A stretch of DNA of 32,000 nucleotides, from the NCBI RefSeq assembly GCF_000829315.1, contig NZ_AP013028.1, positions 240,001-272,000 on the forward strand, given 5' to 3'. Numbering within the stretch: position 1 is the stretch's first letter; each line of letters begins with the position of its first letter. Both the position numbers and the translations under genes were made by a program. Under the pieces are notes generated by a model. It did no database searches and was not told the origin of the DNA. It saw only the letters and a list, made by a program, of their open reading frames with translations. Positions 29,935 through 32,000 of the stretch are shown here, one piece after another. The stretch comes from Wolbachia endosymbiont of Cimex lectularius (lineage in GTDB: Bacteria; Pseudomonadota; Alphaproteobacteria; Rickettsiales; Anaplasmataceae).

Positions 29935-30185
29935 CCAAAGAGCTTCAAGCTGGAGCTTTTTGCCTATAACTGTAGGTTTAAGCGAATTTATGTTCTATTT
30001 GGTATGAGTTGGAAATTGCTGGAACTATGGATAAAGAGGAGCGTTTTAACGCGTCTTTTCATTTTTAAAATTTCACACAAAAGCTGAGAGAAACAACAGT
30101 TGCGTCTTTTTCGTAAGGGTAGCTGATTTATGGAAAAAGGGAGTGGTAAGGCTCCCAAACTACAAAGACATTCACAGGAGAAAAC

Positions 30186-30404
30186 ATGAGAAAAAAGGTA
30201 TTAACTGTAACTTGTCGGTATGAGCTTGATGAGTTAGCAGAGCAACATCTAGCAGACGCTTACGATCTGTTACTAGAATTTGCAGTAAAAAGAAACAATG
30301 AAAAGGAGGTAGAAAAAAATGATAATAGTGGCCTTATATGCGAGAGTTTTATCGAAGAACCAAGCGCAGAACAATACAATAGAGAGCCAAATTGCGGAGC
30401 TTGA
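30186..30404 (+). CDS. Small conserved-looking ORF immediately upstream of and overlapping the recombinase
   Basis: 72 aa MRKKVLTVTCRYELDELAEQHLADAYDLLLEFAVKRNNEKEVEK...; coding-like N-terminus, preceded by AGGAG. Confidence 0.55.
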   Translation: MRKKVLTVTCRYELDELAEQHLADAYDLLLEFAVKRNNEKEVEKNDNSGLICESFIEEPSAEQYNREPNCGA

Positions 30405-31930
30405 GCGTAAAATTGCAGCAGATAGGCATGAGTTATTAGATGAATATAAATTTAAGGACGATGGCTTTGGCGGATAAAATTTAGAGCGAGATGGTTTAAA
30501 AGCGTTACTTAGTAAGGCAGAAGAAGGAAAAATTAATAAGATTTATATTCATGCACTTGATCGTTTGTCACGTGACGGTAGAGATCAAAGAGATGTAATA
30601 GATGAATGTAAAAGAGCACAAGTAGAAATAATCTCTTTAGATTGTAAGATTGATAATACTCCATCATCCAATTTGCTAGTGGATGTAAAAGGAGCAGTAG
30701 CAAGGCATGAACTTGGACTAATCTCGGAGAGAAGTATGAGAGGAAAACTTCATGCTGCGAGAGAAGGTCGTATCAGTGTAATAGGTAGTGCACCTTTTGG
30801 CTATGATCGTATTAAGCATGTAGATAAAGAAAAAATAAAATTTGAAATAAATGAAGAGGAAGCAAAAATAGTGCGAGACCTGTTTAAGTGGGTAGGTCAA
30901 GAAAGAATAAGTATAAAAGAGGCCGTAAGAAGACTGAAAGAAAGGTGTATCCTTTCCCCGAGAGGTAAGAGAGTGTGGAATGTATGTACAATTCATAGAA
31001 TATTGAGGAATCGAGCATACAAAGGAGAAGCAGCATATGGTAAGACAAAAGTAGGGCCACTAAGAAAGGAAGTAAGAGCAAGGTGGAAAGTACGCAAAAA
31101 AAAATATTCTGTTTATAATAATAAAGAAAAAGATTGGATAAAAATAAGAGTACCAAGGATAGTTGAGGAGGAATTATTTAATATAGTACAAAAACAACTT
31201 GATGAAAATAGAGAGAGAGCAAGAGTACAACAAAATGGAAGAAAGCATCTATTACAAGGAATAATAGCATGTGGGTATTGCAAATATACTTATTATATAG
31301 CAAGAAATGCTAAGGGAAGCAGATACTATCATTGTACTGGCATAGATGCAAATCGTTTCGGTGGGACCAGGGTATGTAACAGTAAATCAATCAGAGCAGA
31401 GATGCTAGAAATGGTTGTATGGGAAGAAATAAAAAGGGTATTAAAAGATCCAGATGCAATTGCAAAGGAGTATAAACATAGGCTTTTAGAACATAAAAAT
31501 GGGCAACTAAATGATTAACTTGAAAAAGAAAGAGGCAAATTAGAACAAGGTATCAAAAGACTAGCTTATGTTTATGCTCGAGAACACATAACTCAAGAGG
31601 AATATGACCAAGAAGTTGAGGGAATGGAGAAGAGGTTAAAAGCAATTAAAAACCAGCAGGAAAAAATGATTAATAAAAAGGAGATAGAGGAGGAATTAGA
31701 TTTTAGCATAGGTGGCGTAAAAGTCTTTGCCTCTGGGGTTGAATCAGAACTTGATCAAGCAGATTTGGAGACTAAACTTAGTATAATTCTATACTTAGTG
31801 AGAAGCATTAAAATTGACCACGATGATATGCACATAGTGTTTCGATTTCAAGAACTGGCTATGGAAATGCAAGAAAAAAATGTTCAACATTGTATCGTGA
31901 TGCAAAACTCAATGTATTTGGCGTACTATT
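30319..31930 (+). pseudogene. Large serine recombinase (phage WO-type integrase), inactivated
   Basis: One frame from ATG 30319 with in-frame TAA at 30475-30477 and 31516-31518. MIIVALYARVLSKNQAQNNTIESQIAELERK, RDGRDQRDVIDECKRAQVEIISLD, GSAPFGYDRI, zinc-ribbon region LLQGIIACGYCKYTYYIARNAKGSRYYHC. 3' limit is approximate. Confidence 0.9.
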
Positions 31931-32000
31931 GTTTAATTTTTCGCACTATGTGCACTGCATGTCTTTTAAAACTACGGGGTTTCTACCCATACAAGCTGAA
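31931..32000 (+). repeat. Second copy of the about 70-bp dispersed repeat (to window edge)
   Basis: gtttaatttttcgcactatgtgcac...ctacccatacaagctgaa; compare 8301..8370. Confidence 0.7.

Noticed and set aside
1-32000. CRISPR array, toxin-antitoxin pair or known defence cassette
   Set aside because: No regularly spaced short repeats and no cas, Abi, RM or TA families recognised among the ORFs.
1-32000. tRNA or rRNA genes
   Set aside because: No cloverleaf signature such as a T-loop GGTTCGAATCC with matching acceptor was noticed, though a covariance-model scan would be needed to exclude them.

Overview
This window looks like an alphaproteobacterial endosymbiont chromosome of the Rickettsiales/Wolbachia type: AT-rich, with reduced housekeeping genes, ankyrin proteins, IS elements and a phage-WO-like recombinase. 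That assignment comes from recognising protein families; no database search was run. Housekeeping genes are polA, a heme-copper-oxidase-like membrane protein, ftsA, def, a family 4-type uracil-DNA glycosylase, an MFS transporter, tadA, pyrG, secG, pdhB, mgtE, prfB (with a classic programmed +1 frameshift site that the ORF track misses) and a thiM-thiD-tenA thiamine salvage cluster. Decaying or interrupted loci are an IS66 fragment, an ABC transporter with two in-frame stops, a truncated radC, a membrane protein gene split by an IS directly after its start codon, a frameshifted thiM, and a serine recombinase that has two internal stops and has lost its catalytic serine. Two near-identical 860-bp IS5-like elements with 3-bp target duplications are resolved to the base. 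Most notable items: (1) a hypothetical protein at 11926..13245 whose Cys/His/Asp arrangement resembles YopT/C58 cysteine proteases; (2) a palindromic repeat carried in frame inside the uracil-DNA glycosylase gene; (3) a 181-bp inverted repeat pair bracketing the 4.2-8.9 kb decay region; (4) the reconstructed gene interrupted by the second IS; (5) a tandem ankyrin gene pair with duplicated leaders beside the recombinase remnant. I found no convincing new multi-gene defence or mobile system.
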